Assembly (NCBI GenBank): GCA_016840085.1
Contig: JAEOTA010000012.1
Coordinates: forward strand, 132,847 to 196,846
Source: Promethearchaeota archaeon
Lineage (GTDB): Archaea > Asgardarchaeota > Lokiarchaeia > Sigyniarchaeales > SOKP01
Direction: 5' to 3'
Length of the DNA: 64,000 nucleotides
Part shown: positions 21,369 through 30,818 of the stretch, piece by piece
Layout: every line of letters starts with the position of its first letter
How positions within the stretch are numbered: the first letter of the stretch is position 1
Position numbers and translations under genes: made by a program
Notes under the pieces: model-generated
The model's input: the letters and a program-made list of their open reading frames with translations, nothing else
Database searches by the model: none
What the model was told of the DNA's origin: nothing

Positions 21369-23158
21369 TGTACAGATTTGATAATGTGCCACTTTCAATA
21401 ACCTACCCATCTATAAGCCAAATAAAAGAATTTAAACCTTTTACGCTAAAATATTATCCAATCCTACAATTGGAAGATATTGCCGAAAATCCTTGTTTAA
21501 GAACACCTTATCTGAGAATCTTAAAAGGATACGACACTTATATCTCAAAAAATAATATTATAATTCCCTGGGATTCAAGAGAAAATATTTATCATATGTA
21601 TTCACAAGATAGTAAAATATTCGAAGAAATAATTCTTTGGATGATACAATATAGTAATATTGAATTAGGGTTAGAGGAAGAGGAATTTGAAAAAGAAATA
21701 TGGGAAAACCGGATAAGAAATGAGATCAATGAAAAACATCATGCTATTTCTGATATAGTAATCGAAACATTTAAGAAATTTATACGTTTTGAAGGTGGAT
21801 TTGAAAAAATTAAAGAAAACAAATTATTATTTAATGTTTTTGCATTTTCACCTAGTATTCCTGTCCCGAGAGATATCAATAATGTTTATTATACTTTAAG
21901 GGAATATGTTAATGAAAAATTAATAAATCATCCAGAAATTAATTTTAAAAATATTCATCATTCTGAATACTTTATAGATCCAAGAGCAGATCTTTTTCCT
22001 GCATTTGGAACAGTTCCACTAATAGATTTTACAAAGAAGAGCATTATTTCCTTTAAGTATTTATCCTTAAATTGGTTTAAGAATTATAATAGTGAAGTTG
22101 ATATTGATGCTGCCTTTAAATTAGCTTATATATTTCCTGATCTATTTCATTTATGGCTATGGAGATATGCTGTACAAAATTTACCAGATAATTTATCAGT
22201 AAATTTCAAATTAACTTATATGGACAAACAAATATTTAAAGCAAATGATTTTCCAGAAATTGAGAATTTTTCAGAATTTTCAAATTACTCTATAAATGTT
22301 ATAACTCCTGATGGAATATTTAATGATACATTAATTAATGATTTAGATATTAATATATCAAAACTTCTAACAGAGAAATTAATTATTACTACATTAGCAA
22401 ATAGTAATAAACCATATCGAGCTAGAAAAATAGATGATATTTGTCCTTTTCACGATTTTAAAGAATATAATTTATGTTGCCATCAACATTTCGGATATAG
22501 ACGATGTATGATGAAGGATGTTATCAAATTTCCTCCAAGTAGATTTGAGAGGAATGTTGCCTTTTTTCAAAAATTTCTTAGAAATGAATATAATCATTTA
22601 TCTAAACATTACTATTGGTTGTATCTTACCATGAAAGCTGATGATATAGATCAATGTATTGAGCAAATCGATATGTATATTGGGCAAATCTATCGAAATA
22701 TTGATTTAAAATTTATATATCATGATAAATCATATGAATTTTTTTTCAAAGATGCTCCTGTTGATGCAGAACCCGTTACAATAATACCATGGTCTCCTTT
22801 TATTTATTCAGAAGATTGGAATCTTAAAGGTATAATAAGAAGAATTAATGAGAATCAATATCAATTTGAAAATACAAATAGCTCTTTCATAAGAAGTATG
22901 AATCTTCTATTATCTTATTTTCCACAGAATACTCCATTAAATGTTATCCTAATGAAATCATTAGAGGAAAAACCTTTACATTTGATTCAAAAAGAGAAAA
23001 GAGCTTTATGGAGTATTGTGAAACATCGGCATGACAAAAATGAAGATGAAACAGATGATCAATTTGAAATAAGAAAAATGCAAGATAAATTAGAAAATAA
23101 TTCTAAAAGAGCGGGAGTTGCTATATTTGGAGATAATGATGTAAAATATTTAGAATAA
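21368..23158 (+). CDS. Cas4/Dna2-nuclease-like protein with putative Fe-S cysteines and a degenerate PD-(D/E)XK site, gene 2
   Basis: LEDIAENPCLRTPYL (Cas4-like N-terminal CxR), SEYFID...GTVPLIDF...IISFK, KLAY, CPF...C cluster. ATG at 21368 follows GGAGGGAG. Confidence 0.55.
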   Translation: MYRFDNVPLSITYPSISQIKEFKPFTLKYYPILQLEDIAENPCLRTPYLRILKGYDTYISKNNIIIPWDSRENIYHMYSQDSKIFEEIILWMIQYSNIELGLEEEEFEKEIWENRIRNEINEKHHAISDIVIETFKKFIRFEGGFEKIKENKLLFNVFAFSPSIPVPRDINNVYYTLREYVNEKLINHPEINFKNIHHSEYFIDPRADLFPAFGTVPLIDFTKKSIISFKYLSLNWFKNYNSEVDIDAAFKLAYIFPDLFHLWLWRYAVQNLPDNLSVNFKLTYMDKQIFKANDFPEIENFSEFSNYSINVITPDGIFNDTLINDLDINISKLLTEKLIITTLANSNKPYRARKIDDICPFHDFKEYNLCCHQHFGYRRCMMKDVIKFPPSRFERNVAFFQKFLRNEYNHLSKHYYWLYLTMKADDIDQCIEQIDMYIGQIYRNIDLKFIYHDKSYEFFFKDAPVDAEPVTIIPWSPFIYSEDWNLKGIIRRINENQYQFENTNSSFIRSMNLLLSYFPQNTPLNVILMKSLEEKPLHLIQKEKRALWSIVKHRHDKNEDETDDQFEIRKMQDKLENNSKRAGVAIFGDNDVKYLE

Positions 23159-23169
23159 AGGTATTAATT

Positions 23170-24804
23170 ATGTTAGATAAATATGGTAAAACAGATTTTC
23201 AGAGAGAGGTATCTGAAATAATAAAACAGAGACTTAATACAAACTTCTTTAATAAATATCAAGAAAAAGCAATAAAAATAATTTGGGGGCTTTCAAGGGA
23301 ACAAAAGAACCAGAAATTTCAAAAAAATAAAGAAAAAGATACTAAAAAGTATATACAAAAGACTTTATTTCAACTAAATCAAAAATCTAACCCCGAACCG
23401 AATTTTGGTGTAATCCCAGAAAATCTTAAATTTGATCCAAATTTAATAATGAATTCACACCAATATTATTCATCTTCGGTTATAATTGGTCCACCTGGAA
23501 CTGGAAAAACGATTGTTATTGTTAATGGAAGTTTATTATTTATTTCTGCTCCAGTATATCACAGATCAATGCCAATAGTCTACATAGGAACACCTACTAA
23601 TGAATCAGCAAATCGTATATTGGAAGCATTTCATGAATTTTTTGAAAATAATGATATAAATGATGGATATAAATATGTTAAGAGAGTCTTTCCCAAAAAG
23701 GACAAAAATTTTTTTAGATTACCATTAAGGGACAATATAATTGAAAACCCTCGTCCTCCTAATTATCTTCTAAAGGAATATCAATCGATGATCTCGATGG
23801 CTTGGATCTATATAGGAACTGTATTCCAACTTCAATTATTATCTAATAAATATTCTATTAAACCCCAAGTAATCCTTTATGATGAAGCTTCACAATTAAC
23901 ACCACCTGAGATGTATTTACCTTTTTTTTATGAAAATAATCTTTCACCTAATATCAGAGGTTCTTGTCTAGTAGGAGATAATTGTCAATTATCACCTATT
24001 ACATCATTTACAGAATTAAGTACTAATGCCATAGATTTTGCAATTAGGAAGCTTCATTTTGGACAACAAAATGTTCCTACCAAAAGACAAATTATGCTTA
24101 GAAAGCAATATAGGATGCATCCAGCAATACGAGACTTATCAATGAAATTTGCTCCAGGGCGACATATTATAAAAGATGGAGATAATACAAAACAATTGTC
24201 ACATCTTTTACAAAATTTTAAAGGATATAATGGTGATTTTTCAAAAAAAATAGACAATATCCTGAATCCTCAAAAGACAGTTGTAATTATTGATACTTCT
24301 AATATTGACAATGCGATTAATCGAAGAATCGGGAGTTCTCGATATAATATTGGAGAAGTAAATATTGTTAGAGGTTTATTTAAACTAATTCAACATACTT
24401 ATAATTTCGATGAATCTAATGAAGAATTTTTAAAATTAATTACACCATATAAAAATCAAGCTATACGATTAAAATCGATCTATGAAAAAGCAGGCACAGC
24501 AGATAGTTTCCAAGGTCAGGAAGCAGATATTGTGTTAATTAGCTTAACATTAACCGATTGTGTTCCATCACCTCATATAAGAGATAATCACCGCCTGCAT
24601 GTTATGTTTTCAAGAGCAAAAAAAAAAATGATAATTATAGGGAGAAAAAGTACTTTTGAATCACCCAAAACAAGTGCGCCCCATATACGAGATATTTTTC
24701 ATTATAAATATATTCCTTCAATTCGAAATATTGATTTAGGATATAAACCTGAATACATTATTTCTCTAAAAAAAGATTTTTATGATTTTTTATCAAAAAT
24801 TTAA
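23170..24804 (+). CDS. Superfamily 1 helicase, Upf1/Dna2/NAM7-like (AAA_11/AAA_12), gene 3
   Basis: GPPGTGKT, TPTNES, DEASQ, GDNCQLSP, QYRMHP, DSFQGQE and SRAK all present. Confidence 0.92.
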   Translation: MLDKYGKTDFQREVSEIIKQRLNTNFFNKYQEKAIKIIWGLSREQKNQKFQKNKEKDTKKYIQKTLFQLNQKSNPEPNFGVIPENLKFDPNLIMNSHQYYSSSVIIGPPGTGKTIVIVNGSLLFISAPVYHRSMPIVYIGTPTNESANRILEAFHEFFENNDINDGYKYVKRVFPKKDKNFFRLPLRDNIIENPRPPNYLLKEYQSMISMAWIYIGTVFQLQLLSNKYSIKPQVILYDEASQLTPPEMYLPFFYENNLSPNIRGSCLVGDNCQLSPITSFTELSTNAIDFAIRKLHFGQQNVPTKRQIMLRKQYRMHPAIRDLSMKFAPGRHIIKDGDNTKQLSHLLQNFKGYNGDFSKKIDNILNPQKTVVIIDTSNIDNAINRRIGSSRYNIGEVNIVRGLFKLIQHTYNFDESNEEFLKLITPYKNQAIRLKSIYEKAGTADSFQGQEADIVLISLTLTDCVPSPHIRDNHRLHVMFSRAKKKMIIIGRKSTFESPKTSAPHIRDIFHYKYIPSIRNIDLGYKPEYIISLKKDFYDFLSKI

Positions 24805-24822
24805 ATAAAAGGAGGTAATATT

Positions 24823-25524
24823 ATCCCCTCATATAAACTGTATAAAATTAGACCTGATTTTAATATTAAAACTTACATTTCAAATAATTGGATAGAGGAC
24901 GCTGTTTTACCTAAAGGATTATCGGAAAACATAAAAAGAAAATTTACTCAAATTAAAAATAATATTCAGAAATCATCAATTTCTCAGGATGATTCCTTTA
25001 AAATAGGATATAAAGCAAAATTAAACTGTGAACATAAATTAGTTTTTGGTAATCAAGAAATTTGGATTCCAAAATCTATTGAAATAATAAAAAATGAAGA
25101 TTTGCTGCTCATTCAAAAATTATCCTCTAATATAAACATGGTAATTGAAAGATCATTGGATATTAATATTGTTCCTATATCTTTTCCAGAAAAGGATTTA
25201 CTAGGTTTATGGGGAAAATTGAAGAAAAGTGTTGAAAATGATGGAAAACATATTTCTTTACATAGACTAATTATTGAAAAGACTTTTTTGGAATCAGATG
25301 AAATAAATGAATTGAATATTAGTACTAAAGATGTTTCACAATTGGGATATTTTAAAGATTTAACTTCCAACGCAAAAAAAATTAAAGTTATAACCATACG
25401 AATTAAAGGATTAACAGAATCAAAGAAAGTTTTTACTGTTAGAATTGCACGTAATCAAATGCAAATCTATGGAAATCATCCAACATCGGCAATAATTAAA
25501 TTCTTAGAATATTTTCAAAAATAA
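24823..25524 (+). CDS. Hypothetical protein (~233 aa), gene 4; longer than the ORF-track call
   Basis: The frame of 25102..25524 is open back to 24805. GGAGGT at 24811-24816 lies 6 nt before ATC-CCC-TCA-TAT (MPSYKLYKI). Confidence 0.7.
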   Translation: MPSYKLYKIRPDFNIKTYISNNWIEDAVLPKGLSENIKRKFTQIKNNIQKSSISQDDSFKIGYKAKLNCEHKLVFGNQEIWIPKSIEIIKNEDLLLIQKLSSNINMVIERSLDINIVPISFPEKDLLGLWGKLKKSVENDGKHISLHRLIIEKTFLESDEINELNISTKDVSQLGYFKDLTSNAKKIKVITIRIKGLTESKKVFTVRIARNQMQIYGNHPTSAIIKFLEYFQK

Positions 25525-25526
25525 TA

Positions 25527-26288
25527 ATTAGTGATTTAAAGATTTCTATTAATAAAAAGAAAAATGTTAAATTAATTTATTTTCCTCAAGATAATTCAAT
25601 CATTGTAGAAAGCTGGAATTTAGATAACCCTTTCAAATATGGAATTCCAGGTCGAAATATTAATTCTTGTTTAGTCTGTGGGCGTAAATCACAAGATCAA
25701 GATTTATCTTCCTGTAAGTTCCATCAAATTGGAGAAAATAAAGACTTTAAATTGATTTTTGGAGGTTATTTCCAGACAGATGCAAATTTTAATCCTTTAA
25801 ATCCATTAACCAGACGATTTTTAGAAATGGAAAATTATAGTACAACACTATCAATTAGAGAATTTACTGAAATCTTAAAGACACGTTATAAGAATGAAAA
25901 AGGTAATGAAGAATATTTTTGGGGATCATGGGTTCCAACAACAAATACAATAATGATAAAGATTGCAAAATTACTATTACAAGAAATAGAATTATCAATT
26001 ATAAATCCAGAGATTTATTGTAATTTCGCTCCGCAAATAAAGATACATAATCAAGATAGAAAATTAATGGTAATTAAAAAATATCACCCAAAAAAGATAA
26101 ATTACGAATTAAAATATTTAATAGAGAATAAGAATGGTATTATAATTGATGACTTATATCATCATGGTTATACAATAGCAAGAATAATGGAATTACTATC
26201 TTCTTATAAAGTTAAGAAAATATTAGGAATCGTTATTGTGAGGACGACAGGTAGGAAAGGAATAAAAATAAAATACTTCCCTAAATAA
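25527..26288 (+). CDS. Type I phosphoribosyltransferase-fold protein (ComF-like) with an N-terminal Zn finger, gene 5
   Basis: GIIIDDLYHHGYT PRPP-binding loop. The frame is open back to 25500 and encodes CLVCGR...CKFH. Confidence 0.75.
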   Translation: MSDLKISINKKKNVKLIYFPQDNSIIVESWNLDNPFKYGIPGRNINSCLVCGRKSQDQDLSSCKFHQIGENKDFKLIFGGYFQTDANFNPLNPLTRRFLEMENYSTTLSIREFTEILKTRYKNEKGNEEYFWGSWVPTTNTIMIKIAKLLLQEIELSIINPEIYCNFAPQIKIHNQDRKLMVIKKYHPKKINYELKYLIENKNGIIIDDLYHHGYTIARIMELLSSYKVKKILGIVIVRTTGRKGIKIKYFPK

Positions 26289-26416
26289 ATTCTAGGGTGT
26301 ACTAAAAAAGAAAAATCAGAAATTTCTTCGTTGTAGATGTAATAATAGCTTAAATTATTCTTTAATTATATATATGATTGTAATTTTGTGATACAATGAG
26401 TTGCTATTTTTATACT

Positions 26417-26779
26417 TCACATTAGAGTTTGAGAATTTAAACAATTATTACATAGCATGTCGCATTTTTGAATATAAGGATTATTTCTCCCAACATAAAA
26501 AAACTCAGCCTTCTTAAACTTTTCACATGGATCATATATTTTATCGCGCAAATTTAATAAATATGATTTATTTACTCTATATACTCCATTTATTTGACGC
26601 ACAACAAGCTAGCTATCAGAAAATAATGTTCTTCCAACAGTACTATCTATAGATTTCAATGTTTCTTCCTTTTTAAAAAAAGAGAAAAGATATTTTACAG
26701 AAGTTGTTTTTCCTGACATTGCAGGACCGTAATAAACAATTTTTACCTGTAATGTTTTATTTTCATAATCTAAAATCAT
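26417..26779 (-). pseudogene. Truncated MglA/Arf-like small GTPase (G1-G2 only) joined across a TAG to a wHTH-like/Cys-rich tail
   Basis: KIVYYGPAMSGKTT...RTLF, then SDS*LVVRQINGVYRVN...C..C in the same frame. Confidence 0.75.
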
Positions 26780-26787
26780 AGTTAATT

Positions 26788-27684
26788 CTAACCCCATAAT
26801 GAAACTATTTTATCACCAATAAATGCCTTTTTACCATCTTCAATCAAATCAGAAAAATTTTCTCTCCATTCCTTCGTTATAAATGAAATAATTCTCTCTA
26901 TTGGTGTATCTTCGTAGTCTATAGTTTCTAAAAGAGTTTTACTTCCTATTTTTGCATGATTTTCGATATTATTTAATAAACTCAATCTTGATAAGATAAA
27001 AAAAGCACGTTTTGAACCGGAATAGAAATTTTGAATCTCTCTTTTAAAAATGTTTTTCTTTAACTCAGTTTTTTCTATTTCAAAATCTACTAAAGTTTTA
27101 ATTAAATCTTTATCAAGGTTACTCAGTTTTATCTTATCATTTAAAACTCTTTTCATTTTTATGATGGATTTTTCTGTATCTTGAGAAATCTTTTTAAATA
27201 TATTTTGTTCCAATATTAGATCTCCTGATTTAAAATCAATTCCCTCTAATTCAATGGATATATCACCGGCTGAGAAAATTATGAACAGGTATTTATTTGT
27301 TTTTTTTTTAATCGTTTTTCTTAAATCAGAGAAATGTTCTCTTTTTTGAGGAATTTTCATTCCAATAAGCCAAGAATTGATATTTTCGATTTGACTAATG
27401 CCTTTTGTTGATATATTGCAAGGGCATCTGACATGTACTCTCTGAGAATTAATATCAATATTTTCGTTTAAAATTAGATTATTGTATTCAGAATTTGAAA
27501 TAAAGTCAGTATAAAAAACGTATTCTTTTCTAAAATGAATAAGGTCAGATAAATCAATTAAAAAATTATCAATTTTATCTGAATTATCACCAAAAACGAA
27601 TATTGGAATCCGATCTAATAAACAATAAAGAATTACAGAGGCATCGTTTTTTTTAAGATTATCTAATATTTTGAAGAATTTCAT
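26788..27684 (-). CDS. Hypothetical protein with a possible DENN-like core
   Basis: ILYCLLDRIPIFVFGDNSDKIDNFL..L..LIHFR resembles the cDENN helix-strand-helix; lies between roadblock and GTPase genes. Confidence 0.5.
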   Translation of the reverse strand: MKFFKILDNLKKNDASVILYCLLDRIPIFVFGDNSDKIDNFLIDLSDLIHFRKEYVFYTDFISNSEYNNLILNENIDINSQRVHVRCPCNISTKGISQIENINSWLIGMKIPQKREHFSDLRKTIKKKTNKYLFIIFSAGDISIELEGIDFKSGDLILEQNIFKKISQDTEKSIIKMKRVLNDKIKLSNLDKDLIKTLVDFEIEKTELKKNIFKREIQNFYSGSKRAFFILSRLSLLNNIENHAKIGSKTLLETIDYEDTPIERIISFITKEWRENFSDLIEDGKKAFIGDKIVSLWG

Positions 27685-27697
27685 CTTATCACCAAGA

Positions 27698-28699
27698 TTA
27701 TTTTATTATTAGTTCACCCAACATCCTCTTGATATCAAAGGTTTCATGTTCTTGAATTTTAGATGCTTCTTTTATAAGTTCATTAACTTTTTTTGTAAAT
27801 TGGGGCAAGATTAGTCGAATTAATCCTAGTTTTTGTTTCATTTTTCCAATAACAGTACTAAATATTATTTTCCCCATTCCATCAATGAAATGAAATGTGT
27901 TATCACAATCTAATAGAATTCTTTCCGCGCGCATTCTTTTTAGTAACCACGCACACCTATTTGCAGTCTGAAAAAGGGAATAGCTCATTGCGGATATCTT
28001 ATCTAATTTTTCTGAATTCATTTCAACTTTTTTTAATAACTAAGAAGCGGTAAATCCACCTTCAATGGTTATAAAAGCATAATGTAAATCAGGGATAGTG
28101 AGCGAAATAGTATTTAACACTTTTTTTAATTCTAATGACGTCTTTTTTGAGAAACTTAAGGAAAAAGGAGATAATTTTAGATTGAATACTTCATTTTCTT
28201 TAACATTAAATCCTTCGATAATACTTTGAATTTTCTGACTATTGAATTGAATTAATGGGGGTTTAAAAGACTCTCCTGATGTTATTAGGCTGGTTTTAAT
28301 CTTTCTTAGACAGTCTTTAGTTTGTAAAAATATACCTCCTAAATTAACATTTGGTTGGGCTGTAATTGCCACAAAAAATTCATGTTTCTCATCTAAAATG
28401 CCCTGGGATTCTAAAATCCTATTTAAAGAGGTATCTATAGAGCTTTTTAAAGGAGCAATCAGAATTTTTGCTTTCTTCCCTTCTATTAGGATGTATTTTA
28501 AATCTTTAGGGTGTAAATGAATTCCTACATTGAATATAGCACTAGTAGCGGAACTTACATTAAAGATTTCATCTTTAGAAAACCATACTCCTGTTGATTG
28601 AATTGGATTTCCGTCTCTTTGTGTTAAAACAGCATTTTCTACGCCCTTTATTTGCTTTATTTGGTCTAAGTGAATACCTATTTTTTCATTTAAATTCAT
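27698..28699 (-). pseudogene. Tandem roadblock/LC7 (MglB-like) protein split by an in-frame TAG at 28040
   Basis: Domain 1: GVENAVLTQRDGNPI...PNVNLGGIF. Domain 2: YAFITIEGG...ISAMS...KLGLIRL. The two ORF-track pieces are in frame (FTAS*LLKKVEM). Confidence 0.8.
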
Positions 28700-29229
28700 T
28701 CTACTCTACGTCCTTGAGTTGGTTCATTTTTTAAACTTATCTGCAAATGAATTTTTTATTAAACTATTTATATTCCGAGAAAATTCCAATTGAAAAATTG
28801 ACTTTTGAAATAACCAATATTTCATTGATTCAATATCATAACTAAAGAAATTATTTTTTTGTAAGTCTTACAAGGAACAAAGGAACGCCATTTGAGACTT
28901 CTTTATCGATTAAATAAGGTCTAAATCCTAATTTTCTACACAGATTGAAAAAGTAAGGAAGGTTTAGATAAGATCATCTAAAGGGAGTTCTAAAATACCC
29001 CCCATATTCAAATGCAAAAACTATATTAAAGGATTTTAGAGATTGGACATATCTCATTACAGTTAAAATTTGAAATCCCTTGTTAAGTAGCGTATATAAT
29101 TTCTTTAAAAGTTTTTTCTATTTTCTTACATTTCCTGCAATTCCTATTTCACATTCTTTTAAAGTGTGGGTATTGAATTTTTTCTTCTATTTCAATTTAA
29201 AGATATCAGCAACATAACAATTAGAAATT

Positions 29230-29631
29230 TCACGTGACGATTCGAATCATCTCTTTTGAAATATCTATGCCAATTACATTATCATTTTTATTTAGATCCC
29301 TCATATAATATCCAGTATTGCCTCCTAAATCCAAGATCTCTTCCTTAGACAGTTCAATAAGCTTTTTTTCCACATTATCTAAATCTGCGAAATCTTTAAA
29401 ATATTGACCAATTTCTGCCTCAAGCTTAATTCTATTATACTTTCTTTTGATTTTATTCCCATTCGGGCTATAACAATATTTTTTCATCGAATACAAACAA
29501 TGTTGATGAATATATAATTTGGTCTCTTTATTTCCCCTCCAATAATTATATATTGCGCTAGCAAAGAAATTCATAGCCCTTTCCTTTGGACGTTTTACAA
29601 AAAATTGTAAAAAGCGAACAAGATAGTTCAA
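29230..29631 (-). pseudogene. Truncated class I SAM methyltransferase
   Basis: ILDLGGNTG...VIGIDIS..MI, then a stop. Confidence 0.7.
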
Positions 29632-29874
29632 TAAACTTGCTTGGTTGGAGAGTTTGCTTAAACATTGATATCCTTTATTATTATACTTTTGCAGACTATA
29701 TCATCCGATTATTTATTGAAGTTTAAAAGAATTTGAAATTAAGTTTTAATGTTATCTAGAAATAGCTATTTAAAGTTAATCGAAAAGCAGGATTATCTAG
29801 ATTCTAAAAAAGAGGATATGTATTAAGTTCTCAGAAAGAAGCACATTATTTAGAATAGCTTTAAAAGAGAATGT

Positions 29875-30468
29875 TTAATTTATCACTGAGACCAATTTAT
29901 AATCAAAATAATTTTTCAAAATTAATTTTAAGATGTCTTCAAAACATTCTAATATACCTTCTCCGTTTAATGCAATGGTATATCTTGAATCTATTCTTTT
30001 ATATTTATGAAAACCAATCTTTTTTAAAAATTCTGTAGGATTAAATTTATCTGGTAAATCTTGTTTATTAAATGCAATTATAATTGGAATATTATCAAGC
30101 GTCTCTTTAAAATATGAGATCAATTCGTTCCAAGAAATCAAATTGCGTTCATAAACTTCTTTTTGTGAATCAATTACAAATATTATGCCATCAACCGCTC
30201 TTAAAGTAATTGGCCGAGTAACAATATAAAAATCTTGACCCGTTGTAGTATATATGTTAATTTTTAAAATCCACTCATCATTATGGAATGTCACAACACC
30301 ATAATCAAAAAATAATGTCCTTTTCACAGTACTTTCAATAGAACTTAAATCTTCTTTTTTGCCAAAATGAGAAAATAGAGATTTTATTGAAGTAGTCTTC
30401 CCCGATAAAGCAGGACCAAAATACACTATTTTAATGCTTATTGTTTTATCACAATGATCTATAATCAA
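29875..30468 (-). CDS. MglA/Arf-like small GTPase (intact)
   Basis: GPALSGKT (G1), RTLFFD (G2), TTTGQ (MglA-type G3), NKQD (G4), IALNGEG. Confidence 0.92.
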   Translation of the reverse strand: MIIDHCDKTISIKIVYFGPALSGKTTSIKSLFSHFGKKEDLSSIESTVKRTLFFDYGVVTFHNDEWILKINIYTTTGQDFYIVTRPITLRAVDGIIFVIDSQKEVYERNLISWNELISYFKETLDNIPIIIAFNKQDLPDKFNPTEFLKKIGFHKYKRIDSRYTIALNGEGILECFEDILKLILKNYFDYKLVSVIN

Positions 30469-30818
30469 TATTTATCAACTCATTTTTAATTGAATTGAAT
30501 TTCTTTGATTATTCTATAGAAAACTATAAAAACTTATTAAAAAAAAGCAAAAGTTTGAATATTATTTTTAATATGATAAGAATATCGATCTAAGAAAGAA
30601 TTTATAAATTTTGAACTAAGGTAATGGTAAATCGACTATAAGTTTAGTCGATCTTAAATTCTTTTTTCTCTCGATATTTTTATCATTTTTGCCTATATAA
30701 AACGAGAAGATATCTGATTATATAAAAATTTCTAAATCATTACCATTAAAAATATTAAATTTTTAATGCTCAAAAATAAACCAATAACGAGTTAAACAAG
30801 GAGAAGATGTCTATAAGT

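Noticed and set aside
26609-28042. Genome-wide stop-codon reassignment
   Set aside because: TAG, TAA and TGA all terminate apparently complete genes in this window.
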